Positions 28,741-38,093 of a stretch of DNA of 64,000 bases are shown piece by piece; within the stretch, counting starts at the first letter, position 1; every line of letters begins with the position of its first letter. The stretch is taken from NCBI GenBank assembly GCA_963668315.1, contig OY764216.1:4896001-4960000 (forward strand), given 5' to 3'. The position numbers were made by a program, and so were the translations under genes. Origin of the DNA: Spirochaetia bacterium. Lineage in GTDB: Bacteria; Spirochaetota; Spirochaetia; DSM-2461. Below the pieces are notes generated by a model that was not told the origin of the DNA, did no database searches, and saw nothing but the letters and a program-made list of their open reading frames with translations.

Positions 28741-29646
28741 CTACTTCCGGGAACTGAAAATCATGGAAAGTATGGCTTTAAAATTCAGCTTTCCCCCGTA
28801 GACGGGCATCAGGCTGGCATCTCCGTAATCCTTGATTTTCTCCACACTCTTCAGGGTTTCCATATCCTCATCGGAAATGATGAAATCGAGGGCGGCGTTG
28901 CTTTTCATATGATCCGGATTGGCCGTCTTGGGCAGGGGCAGAAGTCCCAGCTGCAGATCGTAGCGGATGGAAAGCTGGGGAACGGAGACGCCGTACCTTT
29001 CGGCGATGGCCTGGACTTCCCGGTTCTTCATAAGCTCACCGTGGGCTACGGGGGAGTAGGCTTCCACCAGAATTCCCTTCTCCTGGGTATAGTTGATCAG
29101 ATCGAGGGGGGTATTGCTTATATGGGCCAGGATCTGGTTGACCATGGGCTTTTCTTTACAGTTATTGAGAATGTTATCAAGATCTTCCTTCTCGAAGTTG
29201 GAAAGACCGATAGCCCGCAGTTTGCCCGCTTTGTAGGCGTCTTCCAGAGCCCGCCAGGCTTCCCGGTTCCCTTCGAAGAAGTGATCCCCCTCGCGGAATT
29301 TCGTCCAGGGCTGGGGACTGTGGATAATCATCATATCGATGTAATCCAGTCCCATGGTCTTAAGGGATTTGTCTATGGCCGCGGCGGCTTTCTTATAGCT
29401 CTTTGCTTCAGCGGCAAGCTTGGTGGTAACAAATAATTCCTTTCTGTCCACACCGCAGGTTCTCACGGCTTCTCCCACCCCGCGTTCGTTGCGGTAGGCC
29501 TGGGCCGTATCGATATGGCGGTAGCCGATTTTTACGGCATCCTTGACCGCCTGCACGACATTCTTGTCACTGATAAACCACGTACCCAGACCGAGCTTGG
29601 GTATTTCCACTCCGTTTGACAGAGTATACGTCTCATCCATAATCAT
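28741..29646 (-). CDS. Aldo/keto reductase (2,5-DKG reductase-like)
   Basis: 'GLGTW', 'GYRHIDTAQAY.NE', 'AIGLSNF', 'AYSP' and 'LPKT' motifs. Confidence 0.93.
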   Translation of the reverse strand: MIMDETYTLSNGVEIPKLGLGTWFISDKNVVQAVKDAVKIGYRHIDTAQAYRNERGVGEAVRTCGVDRKELFVTTKLAAEAKSYKKAAAAIDKSLKTMGLDYIDMMIIHSPQPWTKFREGDHFFEGNREAWRALEDAYKAGKLRAIGLSNFEKEDLDNILNNCKEKPMVNQILAHISNTPLDLINYTQEKGILVEAYSPVAHGELMKNREVQAIAERYGVSVPQLSIRYDLQLGLLPLPKTANPDHMKSNAALDFIISDEDMETLKSVEKIKDYGDASLMPVYGGKLNFKAILSMIFSSRK

Positions 29647-29668
29647 AAACTTTCTCCTCTAAGCCGTT

Positions 29669-30115
29669 TTACGGCAGTAATTCAAAGGTCATTTTCACGC
29701 TGCCCTTTCCCAGAATTTCCTTAAGCTCCTTCTGAGTCATACCGTCGATATGGCCGAGCTTCGTGAAATTCCACGAATTGACATTGTAATAAACCACAAG
29801 AGCGCTTCCCATATAAAGGATAATATCCCCGGGGGCCGTCCTGATCTGTCTGTTGTTCGTAGGGTACCGTCTTCCCAGCATCCCCACCTTTTCCATGGAC
29901 CCGTAATCCCTCATGCCTATTGTCTTGGGACCGCGGGTCAGAACTTTCTTAAAGGCCCGGGCCGATGTGTTATTCTCCATGGTAGCCGTCATTTCCCTGC
30001 CGTTCACCCGAATTTTCACCCTGTACTCTCCGTCAAGGGAGATTCGCCCGAAGCCGAGGGGGGTCAGGAAAAACAATCCCGCCGCCGCAATCACTATAAC
30101 TATTATCCAAATCAT
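29669..30115 (-). CDS. Cyclophilin-like fold protein with N-terminal membrane anchor
   Basis: 'TATMENNTSARAF', 'MRDYGSMEK', 'PGDIILY.GSALVVYY' and 'FTKLGHID' motifs. Start uncertain (30115 or 30148). Confidence 0.75.
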   Translation of the reverse strand: MIWIIVIVIAAAGLFFLTPLGFGRISLDGEYRVKIRVNGREMTATMENNTSARAFKKVLTRGPKTIGMRDYGSMEKVGMLGRRYPTNNRQIRTAPGDIILYMGSALVVYYNVNSWNFTKLGHIDGMTQKELKEILGKGSVKMTFELLP

Positions 30116-30338
30116 AATTTTCACCGTAATTTCCGTTTCACTTTCCATGGGAAGAACAAGGATGATAAAAGCCCCATCAAGTCTATTTATTATCAAGTAT
30201 AAGGGAGGGAACGGAAGAAAAGAATGTCAATTTCCACATTTTACATGCCTAATTATACATTTCTTACCTCTATTAGGTTTAATATTTCCCCATTATATGC
30301 ATAATTCAACATCATCATTGATAGAAAAGAGGGTTGCC

Positions 30339-31217
30339 ATGGACTCGAAAACAGCCGAAATGAAGAAACTGCTCCTGAAGAAACTTCCCAGGCAGGGAGT
30401 TGTCTTCACAGGCCTGGATAATATGGCCATTTTCAGAAGAGATCAGCCATATAATAAAAAACCGGAACTAACCCATCCTCATATCATGATTCTGGCCCAG
30501 GGGAAAAAGAGAGTTCATCAGGGAGAAAAAACATACATCTATGATCCGCTTCACTATTATGTTCAGACTCTGACACTCCCCCTGGAATGCGAGGCCATCA
30601 TCGAAGAGGATGAGCCGATACTGGGAATGGTTCTGAGAATAGATCCCGTGATTATCGGAGAAATCCTTTTTGAAATGCAGACCACGCCCTATAGGCAGAA
30701 GCCCGTAAGGGACAGCCTCTACGACGCATCCATAACGGATGATATTCTTGACGCCGCTATCAGACTGCTTCGTACCCTTGATTCCGAAGATGATCTGAAA
30801 ATCCTCGGTCCCATGTTCTACAAGGAGATCCTTTTCAAGATACTCAAGGGAGAAAAGGGAGAGATACTCAGGGAACTGGCCGTTAATAACAGAGGCTTCT
30901 ACCACATAGCCAAGGTGATCAACAGGATCCAGGAAAACTACTCCGATCCCATAGACATACAGTCACTGGCCCGGGAAGCGGGTATGAGCGTAACCGCCTT
31001 TCACGCCAATTTCAAAGCCATGACCAATACCTCCCCCCTGCAGTACGTGAAAAATATCCGACTCCACAAGGCCAAGGAAATGATCCAGCAGGAAGGGGAA
31101 AAGGCCAACACGGCGGCCCAGCGCGTCGGCTATGAAAGCTCATCCCAGTTCTCCAGGGAGTACAAGCGGTGTTTCGGGATACCCCCTTCAAAGGACAGGC
31201 TTCAGGACTCGGCCTGA
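30339..31217 (+). CDS. AraC family regulator (YqhC-like, AraC_N domain), divergent from the AKR operon
   Basis: 'ILAQGKKRV', 'AGMSVTAFHANFK..T..SPLQY.K.IRL' and 'VGYESSSQFSREYKRCFG' motifs. Start at ATG 30339. Confidence 0.9.
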   Translation: MDSKTAEMKKLLLKKLPRQGVVFTGLDNMAIFRRDQPYNKKPELTHPHIMILAQGKKRVHQGEKTYIYDPLHYYVQTLTLPLECEAIIEEDEPILGMVLRIDPVIIGEILFEMQTTPYRQKPVRDSLYDASITDDILDAAIRLLRTLDSEDDLKILGPMFYKEILFKILKGEKGEILRELAVNNRGFYHIAKVINRIQENYSDPIDIQSLAREAGMSVTAFHANFKAMTNTSPLQYVKNIRLHKAKEMIQQEGEKANTAAQRVGYESSSQFSREYKRCFGIPPSKDRLQDSA

Positions 31218-31262
31218 TCCCTGGATTTCCCGTTATTATCCGTAAAGATTTATCTATTTTGA

Positions 31263-31327
31263 TTGACACATGGGATTTTCGTCTCTATTATTAGACACTG
31301 TCCACTATATACATTCATTGTCTATTT
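31263..31327 (+). promoter_or_regulatory. sigma70 promoter plus candidate TetR operator for reductase 1
   Basis: TTGACA 31263-31268, 17 bp, then TATTAT 31286-31291. TAGACACTGTCCA at 31292-31304 and TATACA-N5-TGTCTA at 31308-31324. Confidence 0.7.
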
Positions 31328-31341
31328 CGAGGAGATGGAAT

Positions 31342-33246
31342 ATGATAAAAAAAGGATTAATACCCTTACTTCTGGTAATGGTATCATTGTTCTTGTCCTG
31401 CGGGAACTATAAAGCAGGGACCTACACAGCCACGTCAATCGGAAGGAATGACAATATCACTCTCGAGTGTACATTCGACAAGGACAGGATAGAAACAATC
31501 TCTGTCCTTTCCCATAACGAGACTCCCGGCATCGGAACCGTGGCCCTGGACCGGATGACAAAAGCCATTACGGCCCATCAGTCTCTGGATGTGGATATCG
31601 TTACCGGCGCATCCCTGACTTCCTTCGCCGTCATCAGAGCCGTGGAAGACTGCGTCACCCAGGCGGGAGGCGATGTCAAAGAGCTGAGGGCTGTAAAAGT
31701 CCCCGGGGAAACTCTCGCCAGTACGGAAAGAACCGCCGACATCATCATTGTGGGAGCCGGCGGAGCCGGTATGTCCGCGGCCCTGGCTGCCTCCGAAACG
31801 GGAGCCTCCGTCATCATAGCGGAAACCAACAGCATCATCGGCGGCAACACGATCGTCTCAGGTATGTGCTGGAACGCGGCCGACCCCGAAGAGTGCGCCC
31901 TTACCGAATCCAACAGGGGGCAGTTTGCCCTGCTCCAGAGCTTCCTCGATATGGATGAGGCTGCTGTGGAAGACTACGCTCCCACCCTGAGAATTCTCAA
32001 AAAACAGATCCGCGAATATCTGGCCGGAGATACGACCTATATGTTCGACTCTCCCGAGCTGCATATCATGCAGTTCTGGACGGGATGCCGCCGCCAGGGT
32101 CTGGACGGAACCTGGATCAAGAGCGATATAGACCTGGCCAAGGAATTCGCCTATTCCAGTCTTGACGGCATCAAATGGCTGAAGGGCTACGGCATTGAAT
32201 TCAAGGACGGCATGGAAACCGTATTCGGAGGTCTCTGGCAGCGGGGTCACCTCTTTGCCGACAAGGAGAAGACGTTCCTTGATATCGAAGACAATATTGA
32301 AAGGCTCGGTGCCGATATCATGCTCAACACCCATGTGGACGAGCTGATTGTTGAAAACGGCAGAGTAACCGGCGTCAAGGCCACCTACAGAGGAGAGACA
32401 CCGGTCATTCTGCATGCCAATAAGGCGGTAATCCTTACTTCCGGCGGATTCTCCGGCAACAAGGAGATGGCCGACAAGTACAATAATTACTGGCCCGCCG
32501 GTCTCAGCGGCGTCGCTTCGGACAATATCGCCTCCACCCAGGGCGACGGCATTGTCATGGCCCAGGCCATCGGCGCCGATACGGAAGGCATGGGCTACGC
32601 CCAGCTTTTCCCCGCGGTGAATGCGGTCACCATGGACATGGGACCCTGCAGCGGGACGGGTGCATCCGAAGCGATCTATATCAACAAAGAGGGTCAACGC
32701 TTCGTTAACGAATATTCCGAAAGGGATGTCATGAGCAAGGCCGTACTCGAACAGACCGACGGGAGGATTTTCCAGATTTTCGACGATACGGTCATGCAGC
32801 ACAAACTGGAGATAGGCAGAGGTCCGACGGAAGAGGGCTACCGGCATTACCTGGAGATTCATGCTCTCTACAAGGTCAACAGCCTGGAAGAAGCGGCGGA
32901 AGTCATCGGCTGTGATGCCGCCGCCTTCAAAGCTACCGTTGAAGCCTACAACAAAGCCGTGGACGACAGCTATGACCCCCTAACGGGAAGAACTGTTTTC
33001 GGGGAAAAATTCGATACGGCTCCCTTCTATATTGCCCCTGCCAAACCCAGCATTCACAACACCATGGGCGGTTTGAAAATCAATACGGAAAATGCCGTAC
33101 TGAATACCGGCGGAACTCCCATTCCCGGCCTTTTTGCCGCCGGTGAAGTGACGGGCGGTCTTCATGCGGGGAACCGCCTCGGCGGAAATGCCGTGGCCGA
33201 TGCCTTTGTCATGGGCCGCAACGCCGGTATGAACGGCGTCAAATAA
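31342..33246 (+). CDS. Lipoprotein flavocytochrome-c/urocanate-reductase-like FAD reductase with N-terminal FMN-binding (flavinylation) domain
   Basis: Lipobox 'LFLSC', FMN_bind motif 'VDIVTGASLTS', FAD motif 'GAGGAG', and active-site motifs 'RFVNEYSERD', 'HNTMGG' and 'HAGNRLGGNA'. Confidence 0.88.
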   Translation: MIKKGLIPLLLVMVSLFLSCGNYKAGTYTATSIGRNDNITLECTFDKDRIETISVLSHNETPGIGTVALDRMTKAITAHQSLDVDIVTGASLTSFAVIRAVEDCVTQAGGDVKELRAVKVPGETLASTERTADIIIVGAGGAGMSAALAASETGASVIIAETNSIIGGNTIVSGMCWNAADPEECALTESNRGQFALLQSFLDMDEAAVEDYAPTLRILKKQIREYLAGDTTYMFDSPELHIMQFWTGCRRQGLDGTWIKSDIDLAKEFAYSSLDGIKWLKGYGIEFKDGMETVFGGLWQRGHLFADKEKTFLDIEDNIERLGADIMLNTHVDELIVENGRVTGVKATYRGETPVILHANKAVILTSGGFSGNKEMADKYNNYWPAGLSGVASDNIASTQGDGIVMAQAIGADTEGMGYAQLFPAVNAVTMDMGPCSGTGASEAIYINKEGQRFVNEYSERDVMSKAVLEQTDGRIFQIFDDTVMQHKLEIGRGPTEEGYRHYLEIHALYKVNSLEEAAEVIGCDAAAFKATVEAYNKAVDDSYDPLTGRTVFGEKFDTAPFYIAPAKPSIHNTMGGLKINTENAVLNTGGTPIPGLFAAGEVTGGLHAGNRLGGNAVADAFVMGRNAGMNGVK

Positions 33247-33301
33247 TATCTGAGGATTTGTTCATAAAATAATTCTTCTTTAACATGTAAAAAAGTGATG
33301 C

Positions 33302-33340
33302 AGGCGGGATTCTCCCCGGAAGGGGAATTCCGCCTTTTTT
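33302..33340 (+). terminator. Rho-independent terminator
   Basis: AGGCGGGATTCTCC-CCGGAA-GGGGAATTCCGCCT followed by a T run. Confidence 0.8.
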
Positions 33341-33387
33341 CGCCCTCATATTTGATACTTTTTTAACTATATTTTTTTATCCAATCG

Positions 33388-33451
33388 TTGACAAGGGTGA
33401 AAACCGGGGTTATATTGTCCTCTGTCTATTTTACACAGACAGTGTCTATTT
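33388..33451 (+). promoter_or_regulatory. sigma70 promoter plus candidate TetR operator for reductases 2/3
   Basis: TTGACA 33388-33393, 17 bp, then TATATT 33411-33416. TACACA-GACAG-TGTCTA at 33432-33448. TGTCTATTT at 33423 and 33443. Confidence 0.7.
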
Positions 33452-33476
33452 ATGAATTAAAACAAGGAGAGATGAA

Positions 33477-35397
33477 ATGAAAAAAAAGGAGAGTTTTCCC
33501 TCTGTTCGCCCTGATCTGTGCCATGGCTGTTCTGGCATCATGCGGAAAGGGCAAGGCCGATTCGGTCTTCACCTATGCCGATACGATCGTCTGGGACGGG
33601 CAGTATGATGTTGTGGTTATCGGCTTCGGCGCCGCCGGAGCGGTATCGGCCAAGTATGCCGCCGAAGCGGGGGCGAATGTACTGATCACGGAAAAGGCGC
33701 CCCAGGGAGAATCGGGGGGTAACTCCCGCCTGTGCGGGCAGATTATCATGAATACCGACGATCCAGAGTCTTTGTTCAAATACTATAAAGCCATGGGGGG
33801 AGCCACGAAATCGGTATCCGATTCCATGCTCAGAACCTATGTCAACGGCATAGGAGAAACGGTAAACCAGGTGGTTAATGACTACGGCGCCGACAGGGAG
33901 GCCATTTTTGCCTGGAAAACGACCGGTATCCCCCGGTACGTCAGCGAATATCCTGAGTTTGAATATAACGACGCGGTCAAGATCTCCACCCTCTCCCGGA
34001 AGGATGTCTCCAACGGCGCCCTCTATCGGCTGGAAAGCTCCGCAGCCTCTTCCAAGGAGAATGTGGACGTCTGGTTTGACTCTCCCGCGGTCGGACTGAT
34101 TCAGGAGCCCCAGTCAAAGACGATTATCGGTGTCGTTATCGAGAGAGAGGGAAAAGAGCTGAACATCAGAGCCAACAACGGTGTCGTCATGGCCCTGGGC
34201 GGTTTTGAGAATAACCCCCTGATGATGGAAGATTACTGCGGCCTAACATCCTATACCTTCAACGGCACGCCCTATAATACGGGTGACGGCATCTATATGG
34301 CCACCAAGGTCGGTGCCAAACTCTGGCATATGGATGTCTATGAGGGAAGCATGGGCCCCTTCGGCGCCGCCTGTATCGAAGGATCGAACCACTGGACCCT
34401 TCCCCCGTCCTTTGCCAGCGGCAGTGTCATCCATGTCGGTTCAAGCGGCGAGAGGTTCCTCCGCGAAGACGAGGGAGCCCGTCACGGCCATGTCGGCCAT
34501 GCCGGTACCTGGCTGAATCCCCAGTATCCCGACCGCAGTTACCTGGTATTCGACAAGGCAAAATATGACGAGCTGATGAGTCTTCCCTCCCTTTCGGCCC
34601 GATCCACCGTTCCCACGTCCGTTCTCAGCGACAACGCCATCATGGGAAATACGCTGGAAGAACTCTGCGCCAATGCGGATATTGACTACAACGGTCTTAA
34701 ACATGAAATCGCCGAATACAACGGATTCGCCCGTACGGGTAACGACATCAAGCTGGACCGTTCGGCGGGAACCATGTCCCCCATCAGCTCCCGGGGCCCC
34801 TACTACGCGGTTAAAATCGTACCGAGCATCCTCAACACTCAGGGCGGTCCCGAGAGAAATGAAAATGCCCAGATTCTGAGCGTGGACGATGAGCCGATTC
34901 CCCACCTCTACTCCGCCGGTGAGTTCGGAGGCATCACGAGCCACATGTATAACGGCGGCGGCAACATGGCCGAGTGTCTCATCTTCGGCAAGATCGCCGG
35001 AACCAATGCGGCGAAAGCCAAAGAGCCCCTCCCCGCCTACGTCCAGCGTACAAAGGTCGAATCCAGCATGGTATATGTACCCGGCTATGCCACGGATATT
35101 TCTAACGAAACCTATGAAACCGGTGAAAACGAATACATCGGAATCGGTCAGGGAATAGGAGGCGATCTGGTCATCAGGGCAAAAGTGGAAAAGGGCGCCA
35201 TCACGGCCCTTGAGATTCTCAAGGAGAATGAAACGGAAGGCATCGGCTCCCATGCCATCGAGCAGCTTCCCGCCATGTTTGTCGGGATGGATTCCGTCGA
35301 TGGCGTAAACGGAGTTGATACCGTTTCCGGTGCTACCGTAACAAGCAACGCTCTGAAAAGTGCTGTCGGAGCGGCGCTTCAGGAAGCCCAAAAATAG
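33477..35397 (+). CDS. Lipoprotein FAD-dependent reductase with C-terminal FMN-binding domain, frameshifted at an A8 tract in the signal peptide (rest of the frame, 33523-35397, intact)
   Basis: AAGGAG SD lies 7 nt before ATG 33477. Removing one A from 33480-33487 gives MKKRRVFPLFALICAMAVLASC, collinear with the paralog's MKKRRVLSLFSLVCAVIMLASC. Motifs 'GFGAAG', 'LNTQGGP', 'YNGGGNMAE' and 'VDTVSGATVTS'. Confidence 0.82.
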
Positions 35398-35453
35398 TGA
35401 TTCCGGTCCTGCCCTTCCCGGGGCAGGGCTTGTATAAAAAAAGGAGTGAATCA

Positions 35454-37373
35454 ATGAAAAAAAGGAGAGTATTATCTCTGTTTTCTCTCGTCTGTGCCGT
35501 GATTATGCTGGCATCCTGCGGAGAGGGAAAGGCCGATACGGTCTTCACCTATGCCGATACGATCGCCTGGGACGGACAGTACGATGTTGTTGTTATCGGC
35601 TTCGGTGGCGCCGGTTCTGTGGCGGCGAAATATGCCGAAGACGGGGGCGCCAAAGTTCTGGTGGCGGAAAAGGCACCGGAAGGACATGAGGGGGGAAACT
35701 CCCGGGTCTGCGGTCAGTTTTTCAATTCCACCGAGGATTATGAAAGCCTTCTTAAATATTACCAGGCCAAAGCCGGTGATACCACGACCGTTTCGGACAC
35801 GATGCTGAAAACCTATGTGCGCGGTATGTCCAATATTGTGGACCAGCTGGTAAACGACTTCGGTGCCGACAGGGGCAAAATCTACAGCTGGTATGAGACA
35901 GGCGTTCCCATGATGATGACCGAATATCCCGAGTTCGAAGGCTCCGATTCGGTAAGAATCCGCTCCATCTCCCAGAAAGACGTGGGTAACGGGGGACTCT
36001 ACCGCCTTCTCAGTAAAGCGGCCAGAACCGAAGACAATATTGATGTCTGGTTTGACTCCCCCGCCGTCGGTCTTATTCAGGATCCCGATACGAAGACAAT
36101 TCTCGGAACGGTTATCGAAAGGGACGGCAAAAAACTGAATATCCGGGCCAGAAACGGTGTAGTCATGGCGCTGGGCGGCTTTGAAAACAACCCCGAAATG
36201 ATTCAGAACTATCTGGGTCTGACCTCCTATGCCTTCAACGGCGGCGCCTATAATACGGGTGACGGTATCAATATGGCCATCGAAGCGGGAGCCAAGCTCT
36301 GGCATATGGAAGTCTACGAAGGCAGCATGGGCCCCTTCGGAAATATCTGTTTCGAAGGAATCAGAGGCTGGAGTCCCTCCAATGATTTCGCCACGGGAAG
36401 TTTAATCTACGTAGGGGAAAACGGTCAGAGATTCCTGAGGGAAGACGAAAGATCCCGCCACGGCCACGTCTCCCTGGGCGGTGTATGGGTTACCCCGAAA
36501 CGTCCGGAAAGGGCTTTTCTCGTCTTTGACAAGGCCAAATACGATGAGCTGATGAGTCTGAAAACTCTCGCCTCCAGAGCGAATGTTGATCCTGCCATTA
36601 TCGATGAGAAAGCCATAGTCGGCAGTACCCTTGAAGAACTGTGCGGGAAGACGAATATCAGCTATGACGGACTGAGCCGGGAAATTGCCAACTATAACAA
36701 CTTTGCCCGGACCGGTGTGGATCTGAAACTGGGAAGGGACGCTAAAAATATGGCTGCCTTCAACACCAGCGGTCCCTACTACGCTATCAGAGTCGTCCCC
36801 AATATTCTGAACACCCAGGGCGGTCCCCAGCGTAATGAGAACGCCGAGATTCTCGATACCAAGGGAAATCCCATTCCCCACCTCTACTCTGCGGGAGAAT
36901 TCGGCGGCATAACGAGCAATATGTACACCGCCGGGGGCAACATGGCGGAATGTATCATTTTCGGTAAACTGGCCGGAACCAACGCGGCAGCCGAAAAAGC
37001 TCCCCTTCCCGCCTATACCCAGCGGACGAAGATCGAATCGGAAATGGTTTATGTTCCCGGATACGAGACGGATATTTCCGAACAGACCTACGAAACGGGT
37101 GATAACGAATATATCGGTATCGGCCAGGGAATCGGCGGTGATCTGGTCCTTAAAGTGACCGTTGAGAAAGGCGCCGTCACAGGCCTGGAAATACTCAAAC
37201 AGAACGAGACCGAGGGAATCGGCTCCAAGGCGATTGAGCAGCTGCCCGCGCAATTCGTCGGCATGGATTCGGTAGAGTCCGTCAATGCCGTTGATACCGT
37301 TTCCGGTGCGACTGTAACAAGCAACGCCCTGAAAAACGCGGTAAGTTCCGCACTTCAGGAAGCAGCGAAGTGA
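35454..37373 (+). CDS. Lipoprotein FAD-dependent reductase with C-terminal FMN-binding domain (intact tandem paralog)
   Basis: AAGGAG SD, ATG 35454, lipobox 'MLASC', and motifs 'GFGGAG', 'LNTQGGP', 'YTAGGNMAE' and 'VDTVSGATVTS'. Collinear with the previous gene over its full length. Confidence 0.88.
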   Translation: MKKRRVLSLFSLVCAVIMLASCGEGKADTVFTYADTIAWDGQYDVVVIGFGGAGSVAAKYAEDGGAKVLVAEKAPEGHEGGNSRVCGQFFNSTEDYESLLKYYQAKAGDTTTVSDTMLKTYVRGMSNIVDQLVNDFGADRGKIYSWYETGVPMMMTEYPEFEGSDSVRIRSISQKDVGNGGLYRLLSKAARTEDNIDVWFDSPAVGLIQDPDTKTILGTVIERDGKKLNIRARNGVVMALGGFENNPEMIQNYLGLTSYAFNGGAYNTGDGINMAIEAGAKLWHMEVYEGSMGPFGNICFEGIRGWSPSNDFATGSLIYVGENGQRFLREDERSRHGHVSLGGVWVTPKRPERAFLVFDKAKYDELMSLKTLASRANVDPAIIDEKAIVGSTLEELCGKTNISYDGLSREIANYNNFARTGVDLKLGRDAKNMAAFNTSGPYYAIRVVPNILNTQGGPQRNENAEILDTKGNPIPHLYSAGEFGGITSNMYTAGGNMAECIIFGKLAGTNAAAEKAPLPAYTQRTKIESEMVYVPGYETDISEQTYETGDNEYIGIGQGIGGDLVLKVTVEKGAVTGLEILKQNETEGIGSKAIEQLPAQFVGMDSVESVNAVDTVSGATVTSNALKNAVSSALQEAAK

Positions 37374-37377
37374 TGTG

Positions 37378-37408
37378 AAGGGCCTTTCCTGCGGGAAAGG
37401 CCCTTTTT
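37378..37408 (+). terminator. Rho-independent terminator
   Basis: AAGGGCCTTTCC-TGCG-GGAAAGGCCCTT followed by a T run. Confidence 0.85.
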
Positions 37409-37467
37409 CATTACGCCGCCCTATGCTATCATACCGTCAGATTTCAGGAAAAGACAGGATTGAAAAA

Positions 37468-38091
37468 ATGAGCCGGAGAACAAAAGATACAAGACAGGCG
37501 TTAATCAATGCGGGGATCAAACTCATTAAAGAAAATGGGTATCAGGATATCACGATTGAGAGTATCTGCAAATTCGCCGGAACAGGAAGATCAACCTTCT
37601 ATACCTACTTCAAGGGAATGGAAGAACTGGTAGCCGCCTATTTTGACGTTCTCAATACCTACACGCCGGAGAGAATGGCATGGATATTCAGTTCCTCCCA
37701 CCCTTCAGAACGGATATTGAAAACCCATCTTTCCCTCTTCTGCGATCCGCAGAATTACCGGGATGTGAGCCTTTACTCCCTCAGGCTGAAATATTTTCTC
37801 AGCGCCCCCGATGAAAAGAATCTCCATGTTGCCGATATACAGAAGAAGATACTAATCCCCATGGTCGAAGAGGCCCAGCAAAAGGGGGAGATCCTGAATA
37901 TATCAAAGCCTGAAGACCTTTGCAATTCAGCGGTTACCCTTCAGATGGGAAATATCATGGCGTGGTGCATATCGGACGGCGCCTTTGACAGGCTGGGAAA
38001 ACTAAAGGAGAATCTGGAGAATCTGTACTGCATCCGGGAAGATTTGCGCTCCGCCGAATCGATAGAGACCTGGTTGAAATTCGGCGAATAA
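37468..38091 (+). CDS. TetR/AcrR family transcriptional regulator
   Basis: 'LIKENGYQDITIESICKFAGTGRSTFYTYFKG' HTH. Start at ATG 37468. Confidence 0.88.
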   Translation: MSRRTKDTRQALINAGIKLIKENGYQDITIESICKFAGTGRSTFYTYFKGMEELVAAYFDVLNTYTPERMAWIFSSSHPSERILKTHLSLFCDPQNYRDVSLYSLRLKYFLSAPDEKNLHVADIQKKILIPMVEEAQQKGEILNISKPEDLCNSAVTLQMGNIMAWCISDGAFDRLGKLKENLENLYCIREDLRSAESIETWLKFGE

Positions 38092-38093
38092 CC

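Noticed and set aside
29913..30338. N-terminal extension of the AraC ORF (434 aa in the track)
   Set aside because: It is antisense to the cyclophilin-like gene and runs through the intergenic promoter. The real start is at 30339.
33472..33480. Mini-ORF ATG AAA TGA overlapping the reductase 2 start as a regulatory leader peptide
   Set aside because: The SD spacing fits ATG 33477, not 33472, and there is no attenuator structure. Likely incidental.
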